Shown here piece by piece: positions 1 to 14,400 of a stretch of 64,000 nt of DNA. The notes under the pieces were generated by a model. That model was not told the DNA's origin. It made no database searches and saw only the letters and a program-made list of their open reading frames with translations. Every line of letters starts with the position of its first letter. Within the stretch, counting starts at the first letter, position 1. Location: positions 32,001-96,000 of IMG/VR virus record IMGVR_UViG_3300010162_000393; one strand, 5' to 3'. Both the position numbers and the translations under genes were made by a program. This stretch comes from a virus. Lineage: Duplodnaviria; Caudoviricetes.

Positions 1-786
1 TCTAACATCACCAGATTTGTTATCAAATGTTTCAGGATCGTAGTCTTCCAGTGGGTTTTCAGGATCCCAAAATTTATCAATGACTTTGAAATATTGAACA
101 GTTCCGCTTGCTTTTGAGGTTTTTGTTCTTTTCTTTGGTCTAGTTAACTTTCTTTCTATAACATAATCTTCTTTGTTAATGGTAATACAACCTCGAACAA
201 TTACTTCTGTTTCGTTTTTAAGAAACCTGTTGAATATTTTATCTTGTGAATTTGTTCTATTTGTTTTTCCATATAAAAGATAACGAATTGCATCGCCTGT
301 TAACACGGATTTTCCAGCTTGATTTGGTGGTGAACCGCTTATAAGAACCAAACCATTTAGTTCACTCAAATCAAAACGTGTTATTTCGCTTCCGAATGAC
401 AGGAAATTTTTAACTTCTATCCATTTTATTGAAATTTTATTAAACTTATCGTATTGATTATAGTCAATATTTTGGTTAACTTCATCATCAATTTCGTTAA
501 TTTGTTCAAAGTTTATATTTTCAATATTGTTTATTTTAATATAATCTTGAAATAATTTTTTCTGAAAGTTTGGGTCGTGAATATTATCAATAACTTCTGT
601 TTTTACAGAAATTTCCCTACCTTCTTCGTCAACAACCTTAATATTTGGTTCAACCTTAATATTTTGTTTAGGAACGTTATATTTGCGACTAAAGGAATTT
701 ATAATTTGTCTTTCCAAATCCTTTGTGTATAAGTGTGAGAATGTATTCCACACTATTTTAATCTTCGATGTTCTTGAAATCTCCAT
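1..786 (-). CDS. Rad50/SbcC (T4 gp46-like) recombination ATPase, 5' part (runs off window)
   Basis: Manual translation from ATG at 786 gives ISIKWIEVKNFLSFG and Walker A-like GLVLISGSPPNQAGKS; lies directly downstream of the helicase. Not in the ORF track because it is truncated. Confidence 0.85.
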   Translation of the reverse strand, partial: MEISRTSKIKIVWNTFSHLYTKDLERQIINSFSRKYNVPKQNIKVEPNIKVVDEEGREISVKTEVIDNIHDPNFQKKLFQDYIKINNIENINFEQINEIDDEVNQNIDYNQYDKFNKISIKWIEVKNFLSFGSEITRFDLSELNGLVLISGSPPNQAGKSVLTGDAIRYLLYGKTNRTNSQDKIFNRFLKNETEVIVRGCITINKEDYVIERKLTRPKKRTKTSKASGTVQYFKVIDKFWDPENPLEDYDPETFDNKSGDVR

Positions 787-787
787 A

Positions 788-2254
788 TTATTCAAAATTA
801 TTTTCTTTCTTGTTATTTCTATTATTTAATAAATCAAATGCCGGTGTTGGTGGTGGCATATTGTTTAATATATCATATCCAGATTGTTTTTGTTTTGCTT
901 TGAGTTGGTCAATACTATCACAAACACCATCTACCATCAATTTTGGTATACCATTATTTAAATGTATACTAAATACTCTACCGGATTTTCCTTCACGATT
1001 TTTTGGTATAAAAAGTTCTGCTCTATTTTCTTCCGCATCTTTTTGTGTTCTATTTAAAGTCATTAACATGTGAGCAACTTGGTACTTACCTGCCGACCCC
1101 CCAATCTTGTCAAGTGTTAATAACATACCTTCAGCACTTTGTTTTGTACCTTGTGTGAAAACAATTGTAGTACAACCAAAATCTTTACATAGATTTTCTA
1201 ATTCTCTCATTTTTTGTGTTTCCAACTTCCATTCATTTTGTATATTTCTGTTTGTTGGGTTTGCCAAACACTCAAAATAATCTATTAAAACCATATCCGG
1301 CGTAAAACCACTATTTACTAATTTATGTATATATTGTTTGATCATTGAAGGTGTTACTTCACCATTTCTTAATCTGCATAACTTTAAATTATCTTTTATA
1401 AGTTCTTTGTGTTCGTAATCAACGGCAATTTTTTTCGCAATTTCGGAATATTCCATTGTGTTAATAAATCTCGCCTCAATTTCTGTTATCGTACCAAAAT
1501 GTTTTCGTCTAATAGCAGGAACATTATCTTCAAAGAATATTTGTAATGCTTTAAACCCGGAAATTGCTGCGCTATGCGCTAAGGATGTGGATATTGTAGT
1601 TTTTCCCACCCCGCTGCTGGCCGCCACCAGTACAAGATTCGTCTTAATTATACCCCCCTGTAAATACTCATCAATTTCCGGACATAGTGTTGGGATTCTA
1701 ATAATATTTTCTGGTGAAAATGTTTCTTCAAATTCGTCATATACTCCTGTAAAAACATCATCATGTGTTCCGATAGACATTATTTTTGAAATATCGCCTT
1801 GAAGATCTTTTGATGCAACGTCAATACCATTTCTAATATCTTCTAATTGCATATTAAAGAATTTTATTAACTCTTGTCTTTTAAAAAATTCTATTGATTC
1901 TTTCTTTACCCACTCTAGACCTTCTGAATTGAGATTTTTAATTTCATTTAGTGATGCTTGTGCTAATTGTAGGTCAATATCATCTGATATTCTTGCTAAC
2001 ATCAGAGAATTTAACAAATCATATGAAGGAATATATTCATATTCTATGGTATAATCTTTTATTATACCGGAAATAATTTTATATGTTGGGTCTGTAAAAG
2101 CATTTTGATTAATATATTGAATATCATTCTTAAATTTATCTCTATCTTCTATTAGGATTTTGATAAGTCTTTTTTGAAATTCGTTATCATACAAACCTCT
2201 TTCTGTCTTCGCAACTGTTTTTTTATTTTGAAAGGATCGTGGATATTGTTCCAT
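788..2254 (-). CDS. DnaB-like replicative helicase (T4 gp41-like)
   Basis: Walker A AASSGVGKT, Walker B VLIDY, KNREG motif, 488 aa. Confidence 0.9.
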   Translation of the reverse strand: MEQYPRSFQNKKTVAKTERGLYDNEFQKRLIKILIEDRDKFKNDIQYINQNAFTDPTYKIISGIIKDYTIEYEYIPSYDLLNSLMLARISDDIDLQLAQASLNEIKNLNSEGLEWVKKESIEFFKRQELIKFFNMQLEDIRNGIDVASKDLQGDISKIMSIGTHDDVFTGVYDEFEETFSPENIIRIPTLCPEIDEYLQGGIIKTNLVLVAASSGVGKTTISTSLAHSAAISGFKALQIFFEDNVPAIRRKHFGTITEIEARFINTMEYSEIAKKIAVDYEHKELIKDNLKLCRLRNGEVTPSMIKQYIHKLVNSGFTPDMVLIDYFECLANPTNRNIQNEWKLETQKMRELENLCKDFGCTTIVFTQGTKQSAEGMLLTLDKIGGSAGKYQVAHMLMTLNRTQKDAEENRAELFIPKNREGKSGRVFSIHLNNGIPKLMVDGVCDSIDQLKAKQKQSGYDILNNMPPPTPAFDLLNNRNNKKENNFE

Positions 2255-2276
2255 TATTTTTTTGAAATATTTATTT

Positions 2277-2285
2277 GAAATATAC
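2277..2285 (-). promoter_or_regulatory. Putative early/host-sigma promoter element GTATATTTC (Bacteroidota -7-like)
   Basis: GTAnATTTn recurs about 18-27 nt upstream of the first gene of minus-strand blocks. Confidence 0.45.
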
Positions 2286-2371
2286 CTCTACTTTTAGTTA
2301 TAATGAAAAATTACTCTCATTTTCTCATTAAATCTTTTGATAAGTTTGATTGTTCAAATGGAAATTATACA

Positions 2372-2379
2372 CTATTTAT
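2372..2379 (+). promoter_or_regulatory. Putative late promoter CTATTTAT
   Basis: Same octamer lies in sense orientation upstream of structural genes throughout the window. Confidence 0.7.
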
Positions 2380-2436
2380 TATAAAAATAAAATAATAGGT
2401 TAGTTAATGACTCTAAAAAATAAATAATATATAATT

Positions 2437-5400
2437 ATGGCATCAAAATTTTCTGTCAATCGTCATGCGACGCAAAAATACAGTGTGTATTCTCGCGTTG
2501 TTAATGATATTTCGCCCGTTGTTGTTGCAAGTACCGCTAAAAGTCCTAACGACATAATCTTCACGATAACATTTTACGTGACTGACTTCAATGATAAAAA
2601 AATTCCAGACGCTTCTGTTTCGATTGTATCACATGATTTCAAGATAATTAACCATTTCGATGGTAGTTATAAAGTTATAGATGTTCCGAATGGTAAATAT
2701 GAATACGTTGTTGAAAAAACGGGTTTTGTTGCGGTTGAAGGAGTAGTAACCGTAAGTGGAAGTGATTTAGAAGTACATGTAAAACTATGTGAGGTTCCAA
2801 GTAAAATCGTTAATGGTAATCTGAATTTCGTAATGAATGAGGAAATGTACCAGAAGTTTGGTTATGTTGGTAGCACACCGGGTACTTGGTCTGTTGTCAA
2901 AGGAGAACTTCCTAATGGTATTACATTTGATCATGATGGTATTCTTAGTGGTACGCCGAGAGCATTTGGTAAATTTGAAGTTACCGTAATGGTAGAAAAC
3001 TCTTGCGGTTCTGTAACAAAAGATTTACTAATTCAAGTATGTGCTGTTCCTGAAATTACAACTGTTGATTTTGTTCTACCTCACAAACAAACTGTGTCTG
3101 AACAATTAAGTTTTTATGGTAGTGAACCGGCAACATGGTCAGTAGAAGATGGTTTGTTACCAAAAGGTTTGTTACTTAATGGGCAAACTGGTGTTATTTC
3201 TGGTACTACAAAAGATTATGGAGATTTTGACGTTACGTTTAAGGTTGCCAATGCTTGTGGGGAAGATGTTAAAGAATTAAAAATAACAATATGTGCTAAA
3301 CCTAAAATTACGAGTAATGATGATACAAAATTCACTATGGGTGAAGAAGGTAGTGTACAATTAACTTCATACGGAAATCCTGGTGTATGGACTCTTTATA
3401 GCGGAAATTTACCTAATGGTTTAACATTATCAGAAGATGGTATTCTAAGTGGTACGCCGACAACTTTCGGAAAATTTGATTTTACTGTAAAAGTTGAAAA
3501 TGCTTGTGGTGAAGATAGACAATTTATGAAAGTTTGGATCTGCGGTAAACCTGAGGTGGTATCCGGTGATATGAGTTTTGTAATGGGGCAACCTGTGTCG
3601 CATCAATTACAATTTTCCGGTAGCAGACCTGGAACATGGTCAATTGTTGAAGGCGTATTACCAAAAGGATTAACATTGAACGCAGAAACAGGTGTAATTA
3701 GTGGAACACCGAAGGAATTTGGTGAAAGTAGTTTCACAGTAATGGTTGTTAACCCTTGTGGTGAAGCGACAAAGGTAGTAAACGCATCTTTGTGTGCTAA
3801 ACCAACCATTATGTCTTGTTGCAGCGGTTGTGACACAAACTTCGTTAAAGGACAAGAAGCGTCAATGCAATATGAAGCGTCTGGTTCTGCCGGTACATGG
3901 TCAGTTTTAGGTGGAATATTACCAACTGGTTTAACATTAGATCCTAACACAGGTATTATTAGTGGTACACCAACAGTAGGTGGTTACTATGAATTTACGT
4001 TGAAATTTACTAACCCTTGCGGCGAGGTAGAGAAATGTATGAGTTTATTCGTGTGTGCTGAACCTTCAATTAAAGGTAGTGGCGAAATTAGTTTTGCAAT
4101 GGGGCAACCCGGATCACATGAATTACATTTTGAAGGTAGTAGACCTGGTATATGGTCAGTATCAGAAGGTGTTTTACCGGCAGGAGTATCATTAAACGCT
4201 GAATTGGGAGTAATTAGTGGAACACCAACTGAATTTGGTGATTTTGATTTCACTTTAAAGGTTACTAACCATTGTGGTGAGTCAACAAAAGAAATGAATA
4301 TATCAATTTGTGGACAACCACAAATTACAAGTGCAGGAAATATCAATATATTGACGGGTGAATCTGTAAATATTCAATTAGAATCAAACGGAACACCTGG
4401 TGTATGGTCTGCCGAATACGGATTACCGGAAGGGTTATCTTTATCTGCCGACGGACTTATATCCGGTGAACCAACAGAATCTGGTAATTTTAATGTTTTA
4501 ATTACATTAACAAATGATTGCGGTGAAGCAAGTAGAAATTTCAACATTTTTGTATGCGCTGAACCGGAAATTTTAACAGGTGATTTTGATGTATTGCAAA
4601 ATACCCCAATGTCGAAACAATTACAGTTTGCTGGTAGCAGACCAGGAACTTGGAGTATTGAAGAAGGTTCTTTACCATGGGAATTGAAAATGGATTCTAA
4701 AGGGGTTGTTAGTGGTACACCTAAAAAAGTTGGATCGTTTAGCGTTCTTCTTAAAGTTAAAAATTATTGCGGTGAAGTAACTAAACCAATAGTTGTAACA
4801 TCGAAAAAAACATATAAAGCAACTTTCATTGTTAAAATGGAAGATGGTACAATGGTTCCGGATGCTAGTGTTGTTGTTGGTGGTTTTATTGTAACCAATA
4901 ATAATAACGGAACTTATGAAAGTTATCTAACTGACGGCGCACATGGTTTTACTGTTACAAAAGAAGGATACGAAGTAGAAGAAGGTGTTGTAGAAATAGA
5001 CGGAGAAGATGTAGTAGTAACTATAATATTATGTGTATTTCCAGAAATATTAAATGGGGATATGAGTTTTGTAATGGGAGTTGCTAAAGTTGTTCAATTG
5101 GAATCAACAGGTTCTGCCGGTGAATGGTCAATTCAAGGTGATTTACCGGAGGGTTTAACCTTTAATGCTACAACAGGTGTAATTAGTGGAACACCAGAAG
5201 AATTTGGTGAATTTGAGATTACATTAATAATGACAAATCCTTGCGGAAGCGTAAGTAAAGATATAGAAATTGTTATATGTGGCGCACCTGAAATTACAAG
5301 TTCAGACGAAATAGAGTTTGTAAAAGGTGAAAAATCTTCATATGAATTAGAATTTTTTGGAACAGACCCGGCAACTTGGGAAGTTTCAGAAGGAAGTTTA

Positions 5401-8400
5401 CCTGCTGGTCTAACGTTAGACGCTGCAACAGGTGAAATTAAAGGAACGCCGACAGTATTTGGTGATTTTGTATTTACTGTTAAGGTTACTAATGAATGTG
5501 GTTTTGACGAACAAGAAATTAGCATGTTTATATGTGCTGAACCGGAAGTTACAAGCAGTGGTACATTAAGTTTCGTAATGACAGAAGAACATTCGGAACA
5601 ATTAACATCTTCTGGAACACCAGGTGTTTGGTCAATCGTTACCGGTAATTTACCTGATGGTTTGTCTTTGAATGTAGCAACAGGTGTGATTAGTGGTACA
5701 GCAACCGAATTTGGTGATTTTACAGTAGTTGTGAGAGTTGTAAATGAATGTGGTGAAGCAACAAAAGAAACTGTTATTTCTGTTTGCGGATTACCTGTCG
5801 TTACAAGCGGTGATATGGAATTCGTAATGAATGAACCGGTATCACATCAATTAACTGCTGAAGGAACAGAAGGAACTTGGAGATTATTGTCAGGTAAATT
5901 ACCATTAGGATTAACATTAGATTCCGAAACAGGAATAATTAGTGGTACACCTACTGAATTTGGCGACTTCTCTATTGTATTGAGATTTACAAACGTTTGC
6001 GGTGTAGCAAGAAAAATACTGAACATATTCGTATGTGCAAAACCACAAATTACCAGTGCTAATAATATTAACTTTGCACTAAGCGATGAAGCATCATTCC
6101 AATTAGAATATACTGGTACACCAGGAACTTGGTCAGTAGTAGATGGTGATTTACCAGAAGGTGTTACATTGAAACCAACAACAGGTGTAATTAGTGGTAC
6201 TCCAGTAGAAGCAGGTAACTATTATGTTACACTAAAAATTGAAAATGCTTGCGGTGATGCAACTAAAAGCGTTAATATTTTTGTATGCGCTGAACCTGTT
6301 ATAATCGTTAGTAATATAGAATTTTTACAAAACGTATATGTATCGAAACAATTAGATTTTACCGGAAGTAGACCAGGAAAATGGGAAGTAGTTAGTGGTA
6401 GTTTCCCTGCTGGTATTACTTTGGCAACAAACGGTGTTGTTAGCGGAATTCCTACCGAAATGGGTAACTTTGAAGTTGTAGTAAAAGTTAAGAATCCTTG
6501 CGGTGAAGATACAAAAGAAATAAGTTTATTCTCTTGTGCAAAACCTGTTATTATTAATGATAATAATATAGCATTTGTAAAAGGTGAAGAATCTGCTGTT
6601 CAAATAGAAGCTATAGGAACAGAAGGAACATGGTCAATCGTAAGCGGTGCATTACCTAACGGTTTATCTCTCGACCCAAGTGGAGAAATTAGCGGTACTC
6701 CAACCGAAGGTGGAACATTTAAAGTAACTGTACAACTTGAAAATCCTTGCGGAGTAACCACCAAAATGATGGTTATCAACGTATGTGCAAAACCAATTAT
6801 CGTAAGCGGTGATTTGGACTTTGTACAAAATACTCCTGTATCTCACCAATTACGTTTTATTGGTAGCAGACCCGGAAAATGGTCAATAAGTGCAGGAAAT
6901 TTACCGGCAGGATTAAGTTTAGATCCTAATACAGGTATTATTAGTGGTTCAACACACGAATTTGGTGAATACAATCTAACAATTTCGGTTGAAAATGAAT
7001 GTGGTGTTGCAAATAAAGATATTATAATGAGCACCTGTTCTAAACCGGGAATTGTAAGCGGAGATATGAATTTTGTTATAAATGAAGAAGGATCTTCGTT
7101 GTTAGAAAATTCAGGGACAGCGGGTACTTGGTCAATTATAAGTGGTTCTCTACCTAATGGTTTAGAATTAGATGAAATTACCGGAGAAATTAGTGGTACA
7201 CCAACTGTATCTGGTATCTATACATTTACCGTAAAAGTAGTTAACTCTTGTGGTGAAGCAACCAAAGTAGTTAATTTATATGTTTGTGCAAAACCCGTAA
7301 TTTCGACTGGAGATTTATCCTTCGTGATGGGTGAAGCGGTATCACAAAAATTACAATATACTGGAACAAGACCTGGTGAATGGTCAATCGAAGGAGAGTT
7401 ACCTAATGGTTTAACTTTCAACGCAGAAACCGAAACTATCAGCGGAATTCCGAGTGAATTTGGTGAATTTGAAGTTATTTTAATAGTAAAGAATCCTTGT
7501 GGAGAAGCAAGTAAAACGATAGAAATTGTTATTTGTGCAAAACCGGTTATTACAAGCGACCATGCTGACTTTGTAATGGGAGAAGAATCTTCTGTTGAGT
7601 TGGAAGGAAATGGAACTGAAGGTGTATGGACAGTTGATAGCGGAGTATTACCTGAGGGATTGTCATTAAGTTCTGACGGTATTTTAAGTGGTACACCGGC
7701 GGTATCTGGAAACCATAGTTTTACTGTTAAATTCAAAAATGCTTGTGGTGAATCTATTAAAACTATCCTTATATACATTTGTGCTAAACCAACAATAGTT
7801 AGCGGAGATTTGAATATTGTGATGGGAACACCAATGTCACAACAACTAATATTTTCAGGAACAAGACCTGGAACTTGGAGTATCGAAAGTGGTAATTTAC
7901 CTACCGGTATAACATTAAGTGAAGATGGTGTTTTAAGCGGAACTACAACTGAATTTGGTGATTTTGATGTCGTTATAAGGGTGGAGAATCCTTGCGGCAT
8001 AGCATTGAAACCTATAACAATAGACACATGTGCTAAACCTACTATTACAAATAATAGTGATCTAACATTTGTAATGAATGAATATAGTAGCGATGAATTA
8101 ACCGCTTCTGGAACAGCAGGTGTTTGGTCAGTTATTGGTGGTAGTGTTTTACCGGATGGTTTAGAATTAGACGAAGAAACCGGTATAATTAGCGGAACAC
8201 CAACCGTTTCAGGTACATTCAATATAGTGGTAAAAATAGAAAACCATTGCGGTGAAGATATAAGATCAATTGCTATTCAAATATGTGCAAAACCTACTAT
8301 TACAAGCGGCGAATTAGATTTTGAAGTTGGAGTACATGGTTCTGAAACATTGACATTCACTGGTAGCAGACCCGGAACGTGGTCAATTGTAGAAGGTGCT

Positions 8401-11400
8401 TTACCTGCCGGATTGACATTGAATGGTGCAACTGGTGTGATTAGTGGAACACCTACCGAATTTGGTGAATTTTTTGTTGAAGTAAAAGTAGAAAACCATT
8501 GTGGTGAAGAAACAAAAGAAATTGAAATATTTGTTTGTTCAAAACCAGCTGTTACAAGTGGTAGTAATATGAACTTTGTAATGGGTGAAGCTGGTTCAGC
8601 ACAATTAACTTCTTCTGGAACAGAAGGTGAATGGGAAATATTCGCAGGAGAATTACCAGCAGGTTTAGAATTAGACGAAGAAACCGGTTTGATTTACGGT
8701 AATCCAACCGTATTTGGTAACTTCGCTTTCACTGTTATGGTTGTTAATCCTTGCGGATCGGCAACTCAAGAAATTAACATGTTCATTTGCGGAAAACCTG
8801 CCGTTATAAGCGGTGATATGGAATTTGTAATGGGTGAAGAATCAGAAGAACAACTAATGTTCTCTGGTAGCAGACCCGGAACATGGTCAGTCGTAGAAGG
8901 TGATTTACCAGAAGGATTAACATTAGACGCTGAAACTGGTGTAATTAGTGGAACGCCTACTGAATTTGGAGATATTGTATTCACGGTTAAGGTTGAAAAT
9001 CCTTGCGGTGAAGCAACAAAAGAAATAACCGCCGTTGTTTGTGGAAAACCTGTCGTTACGAGTGGAACTAATATGACTTTTGTAATGAACGAACATAGTT
9101 CAGAACAATTAACTTCTTCCGGAACCGAAGGTATTTGGTCAATCGACGATGGTGAACTCCCAATGGGATTAATATTAGATCCTGAAACAGGTGTAATTAG
9201 TGGAACACCATTGGTATTCGGAAACTTTGTTTTCACAGTAAAAGTTGAAAATCCTTGTGGAGAAGCAACCGAAGAAATTAACATGTTCATTTGCGGAAAA
9301 CCAGCTGTTTTGAATAGTACACATCCTAATTTTGTAATGGGTGAAGAAAATGAATTGCAGTTATTATTCTCTGGTAGCAGACCAGGAACATGGTCAATTG
9401 AAGAAGGTGAATTACCAGAAGGGGTAACGTTGGATCCTGAAACAGGTATAATTAGTGGTATTCCTACTGAATTTGGTGACTTTGAATTTACTGTAAAAGT
9501 TGAGAATCCTTGCGGTGAAGCAACAAAAGACTTTGAAATGTTTGTTTGTGCTAAACCTGAAATTATAAGTCCAGACAAATATGATTCTGTATTCGATGAA
9601 GAAATATTATTTCAATTAGAAAATACAGGTACTGAAGGTATATGGGAAATTACAGAGGGTGAATTACCTCTCGGATTAGAATTAGATGAAGAAGGTTTGA
9701 TTGTTGGTACACCAAGAGTATTTGGACACTTCAAGTTCAAGGTAATGGTTGTTAATCCTTGTGGAGAAGACGAAATGGAAATTGATATGTTCATTTGTAA
9801 GCTACCTGAAATTGTAAGTGAAGAATTTGATTTTGTATTAGGCGAAGAAAGTTCTGAAGAATTAACATTTATCGGTAGCAGACCAGGATCTTGGTCAGTT
9901 GTTGAAGGTGATTTACCGGCTGGGTTGGTATTAGACTCGGTAGAAGGAACAATCAGCGGAACAGCAACTGAAAAGGGTGATTTTAATATTACGCTAAAAG
10001 TTATTAACCCTTGTGGTGAAGATACAAAAGAAATAAAAATATTTGTTTGTGAAGAACCGGAGGTTACAAGCGGAGGATACTTTGAATTTGTAATGGGTAA
10101 TGAAGTTGAATTGCAATTAGAACATACTGGAACAGATGGTGAATGGTCGCTTGTTGAAGGTGATTATTTACCAGAGGGTTTAGAATTAAATTCTGAAACC
10201 GGATTAATTAGTGGAATAGCAACAGAATTTGGTAATTTCTACTTCACAGTAAAATTAACTAATTATTGTGGCGAAGCATATAAGGTAATTCAGATATTTA
10301 TGTGCGGATTACCTGAAATCCTAACAGAGTCTATGGGGTTTGTAATGGGTGAAGAAGATGATCATCAAATAGTAGCAACAGGTAGTATGCCTGGAACATG
10401 GTCAATTATAGAAGGTGTATTGCCAAATAGTTTTGTATTAAATACGAGCACAGGTATTATAAGTGGGACACTAACCGAACATGGAGAATTTCCTATAACA
10501 GTTAAACTTGTTAATTCTTGTGGTGAAACAACAAAAGAAATTATTATAACGGTTTGTCAAACTCCAACTATTACAAGCGAAAATGATCTTGAATTTGTAA
10601 TGGGTGAAAGAGTAACATTCCAGTTAACAAATGACGGAACAGCAGGTGAATGGGAAATTATAGACGGTGAATTACCAGAAGGTTTGAGATTAAACCCTTT
10701 AACGGGTGTAATTAGCGGAAGAGCAAGAGAATTTGGTAACTTTACTTTTACAGTGAAAATTGATAACCATTGTGGTTCAGACACACAAGTAATAGAAATG
10801 TTTATGTGTGGATTACCGGTTATTTTACACGGTAATATGAATTTCCAAATAAACGAACCGGGTTCTGATACATTTATTGGTGACGGAACACCAGGTACAT
10901 GGTCTATAGTTGGTGGTGGTTTATTACCAACAGGGTTAACATTGAATCCAACAACAGGTGAAGTTAGTGGAACTCCAACAGTAGCAGGGCATTTTGAACT
11001 TGTCGTAAAACTTGAAAATGATTGTGGAAGTATAATGCGCGATGTTGTGATATTTGTTTGCGCACCACCTGAAATTATTGGTGAAATTGATGATTTCTAT
11101 GTAATGGGTAGCGAAATATCACAAGAATTTCAATTTAGTGGTAGCAGACCTGGAGAATGGAGTGTTGTAGGTGGTGACTTACCAGAAGGTGTAACATTTG
11201 ATCCTGAAACAGGTATTTTGAGTGGTATTCCAACTGAACATGGTGAATTTATATTCACTGTTAAAGTAGAAAATCCTTGCGGTGAAGCAACAAAAGAAAT
11301 AAATATATTTATATGTCTTGAACCGGAAATTATAACAGGAGGGCTTGAATTTGATTTTAACGAATATGGAGAATTTGAGTTAGAGGTTATTGGTTCAGAA

Positions 11401-14400
11401 GGGGCATGGTCAATAGTAGACGGTGATTTACCAATTGGTTTATCGTTGAATGAAGAAACCGGTGTGATTAGTGGAACACCAACCGAAAACGGAGTATTCC
11501 CAATAACTGTAAAATTTGAAAACGATTGCGGTAGTGATGAAACGGAAATATTAATTGTTATTTGTAAAGAGCCGGAAATCACAACTGAAGAAATGACACC
11601 ATCATTAAATAACCCATATTCCCAAAACATAGAATATACCGGTACGGAACCTCATACATGGGCAATAGTAGGCGGTGACTTACCATTGGGATTAGTATTG
11701 AATGAATTTACAGGTGAAATTAGCGGAACGCCATTAGAATTTGGAGATTTTATAATCACTGTTAAAGCAGAAAATGACTGCGGTGAAGATGAAAAAAGTA
11801 TTTTAATATCTGTGTGCGCCGCACCAACTGTTATAACCACCGGTCTTGAATTTGTGGTGGGTCAAGAAGGTTCAGAAGTGTTAGAATCTTTTGGAACACC
11901 AGGAACATGGTCAATAGAAGATGGTGATTTACCAGAGGGGTTGCTATTAGACCCAGATACTGGTGAAATTAGCGGAACACCTACTGATTTAGATGTGTTT
12001 GGTGAAATAAAAATAACAGTTAAGGTTGAAAATGATTGTGGTGATGACGAAAAAGAAATAACCTTATTCATTTGTAGAGAACCTGAAATCACAACAGAAG
12101 ATATGTATGCTTTCGTAGACGAAGAATTTTCAGAATTTATTGTTTATGAAGGTAGTGAACCACATTCGTGGGAAATAGTAGACGGAGATTTGCCTGATGG
12201 TTTAGATTTAGACCCTGAAACAGGTGAAATTAGTGGAACACCAACCGAGTTTGGAGATTTTATATTCACCGTAAAAGTAGAAAATTACTGCGGTGAAGAT
12301 GAAAAAGAAATTCATATGTTCGTATGTGCTCCACCAGAAATTGAAATAGAAGATGACGAATATGATGCCGTAATGGGAGAAGAGTTCTCAATGCAACTAA
12401 CCGCTTACGGAACAGGAGGTGAGTGGTCAATCGAAGATGGTGATTTACCGGAAGGATTGACCTTGAACTCTGAAACAGGTGAAATTAGTGGAACCCCAAC
12501 AGAGTTTGGGGTTTTTACTATCACTTTTAAAATAGAAAATAATTGTGGTGAACAAAATGTTGAAGTCACTATATATGTTTGTGGAGAACCGGAAATTTCA
12601 ACCGGACAATATATCCACCTTGTACAATTAGAAGAATTTGAATTACAATTAGAATTTACTGGTACTCAACCAGGAACATGGTCTGCCGTTAATTTACCAG
12701 ACGGATTAGTATTATCAGAAGATGGTTTATTAAGCGGAATACCAACAGGACATGAAGATGTTACATCACAAATAACTGTTACCAACGACTGCGGTACAGA
12801 CACAAAATCTTTTTTTTTTGATGTAGATGATGTTCATCGACTTATATTTGAAGTAAAAGATATAAGAACTGGTGATCATATACCTGACGCAACTGTTTTA
12901 TGTCCAGGTCTCGATGCGGTAGAAAATGTTGGATCGGGATTTTACATAACAATATTAAATGACGGTACATATACTTGGAGTGTATCAAAAGAGGGGTATT
13001 ACCCAAAGAGTGGAACGGTCATAGTAGAAGGAGATGAAGCGGAAGATATTCACGTATTGGTAGAGCTTCAACCATTAACACATGAAATTAAATTTATCGT
13101 TACAGATGAAGATAGCGGCGACCCGATTATTGGTGCAACCATTGATGTTGTAAATAAAGAAAGTGGTGATACTGTATCTTTAACAGATAACGGTGACGGA
13201 ACATATACTGCATTTATAATCAACGGTGAATATGATTATGATGTGTCAAAAGAAAAATATATCCCAGCAGACGGAGAATTTGAAATCGACCATGATGATG
13301 AAGTGGTTGAAGTACAACTTAAACTTGCTTGCGTAGTTCCAACTATTACAAGTGGAGATAGTATGTATTTCGTAATGGATGAAGAAGGTTTTGAACTCTT
13401 AGAATATACCGGAACAGAAGGAGAGTGGTCAATAGTTGAAGGTGATTTACCTGACGGATTAGATTTAGATCCTGAAACAGGTGAAGTTAGCGGAACGCCA
13501 ACCGAATATGGAAACTTTATATTCACAGCGAAAATAATAAATGAGTGTGGTGAAGATGAAATAGAAATTGATTTATTCGTTTGTGCACCAGAAACAGAAA
13601 TAATAAGCGATGATGAATATGAGATTGTAAGCGGATCGCCTGTTTCGATACAATTAACCACATCGGCAACATTGGGTACGTGGGAAATTGTAGATGGTGG
13701 TTTACCAGCAGGTTTAACGTTAAGTGAAACTGGTTTGATTAGCGGTACAGCAACTGAAATTGGTGAGTTTTGGTTCACAGTAAAAATGGAGGCACCATGT
13801 TGTGAAGACGAAATGGAAATTTATATGTTTGTCTGCGGAACACCAACTATTACAAGTAGTAATAATATGTACTTTGTAATGGGTGAAGAAGACGACTTTC
13901 AATTAACTGCTACCGGATCAGAAGGTCTTTGGTCTATATCAACAGGTTCATTACCATCTGGATTAACATTAGATGCTGGAACTGGTGAGATTAGCGGAAC
14001 ACCTACTGTATATGGTAACTTTACATTCACGGTTAAAATTGTAAATCCTTGTGGTGAAGCAACTCAAAACGTTAATATGAGCATTTGCGGTAAGCCTGAA
14101 ATTACAAGTGCTAATCTTGGATTTGTAATGGATGAAGTTGGAGCGCGACAATTACAATATGACGGTAGTAGACCAGGAACATGGGCAATTGTAGACGGTG
14201 ATTTACCTGCCGGATTAGCATTGAATGCTTCAACAGGTATAATTATTGGTGTACCAACCGAATTTGGGGTATTTGAAGTAACAGTAAAAGTTACCAATGT
14301 TTGTGATGAAGATACAAAAGAAATTATTATAACGGTTTGCGCATCGCCTGAAATTACAAATGAAAATACAATGGAATTCACAATAGGCGAATCAGGTTCT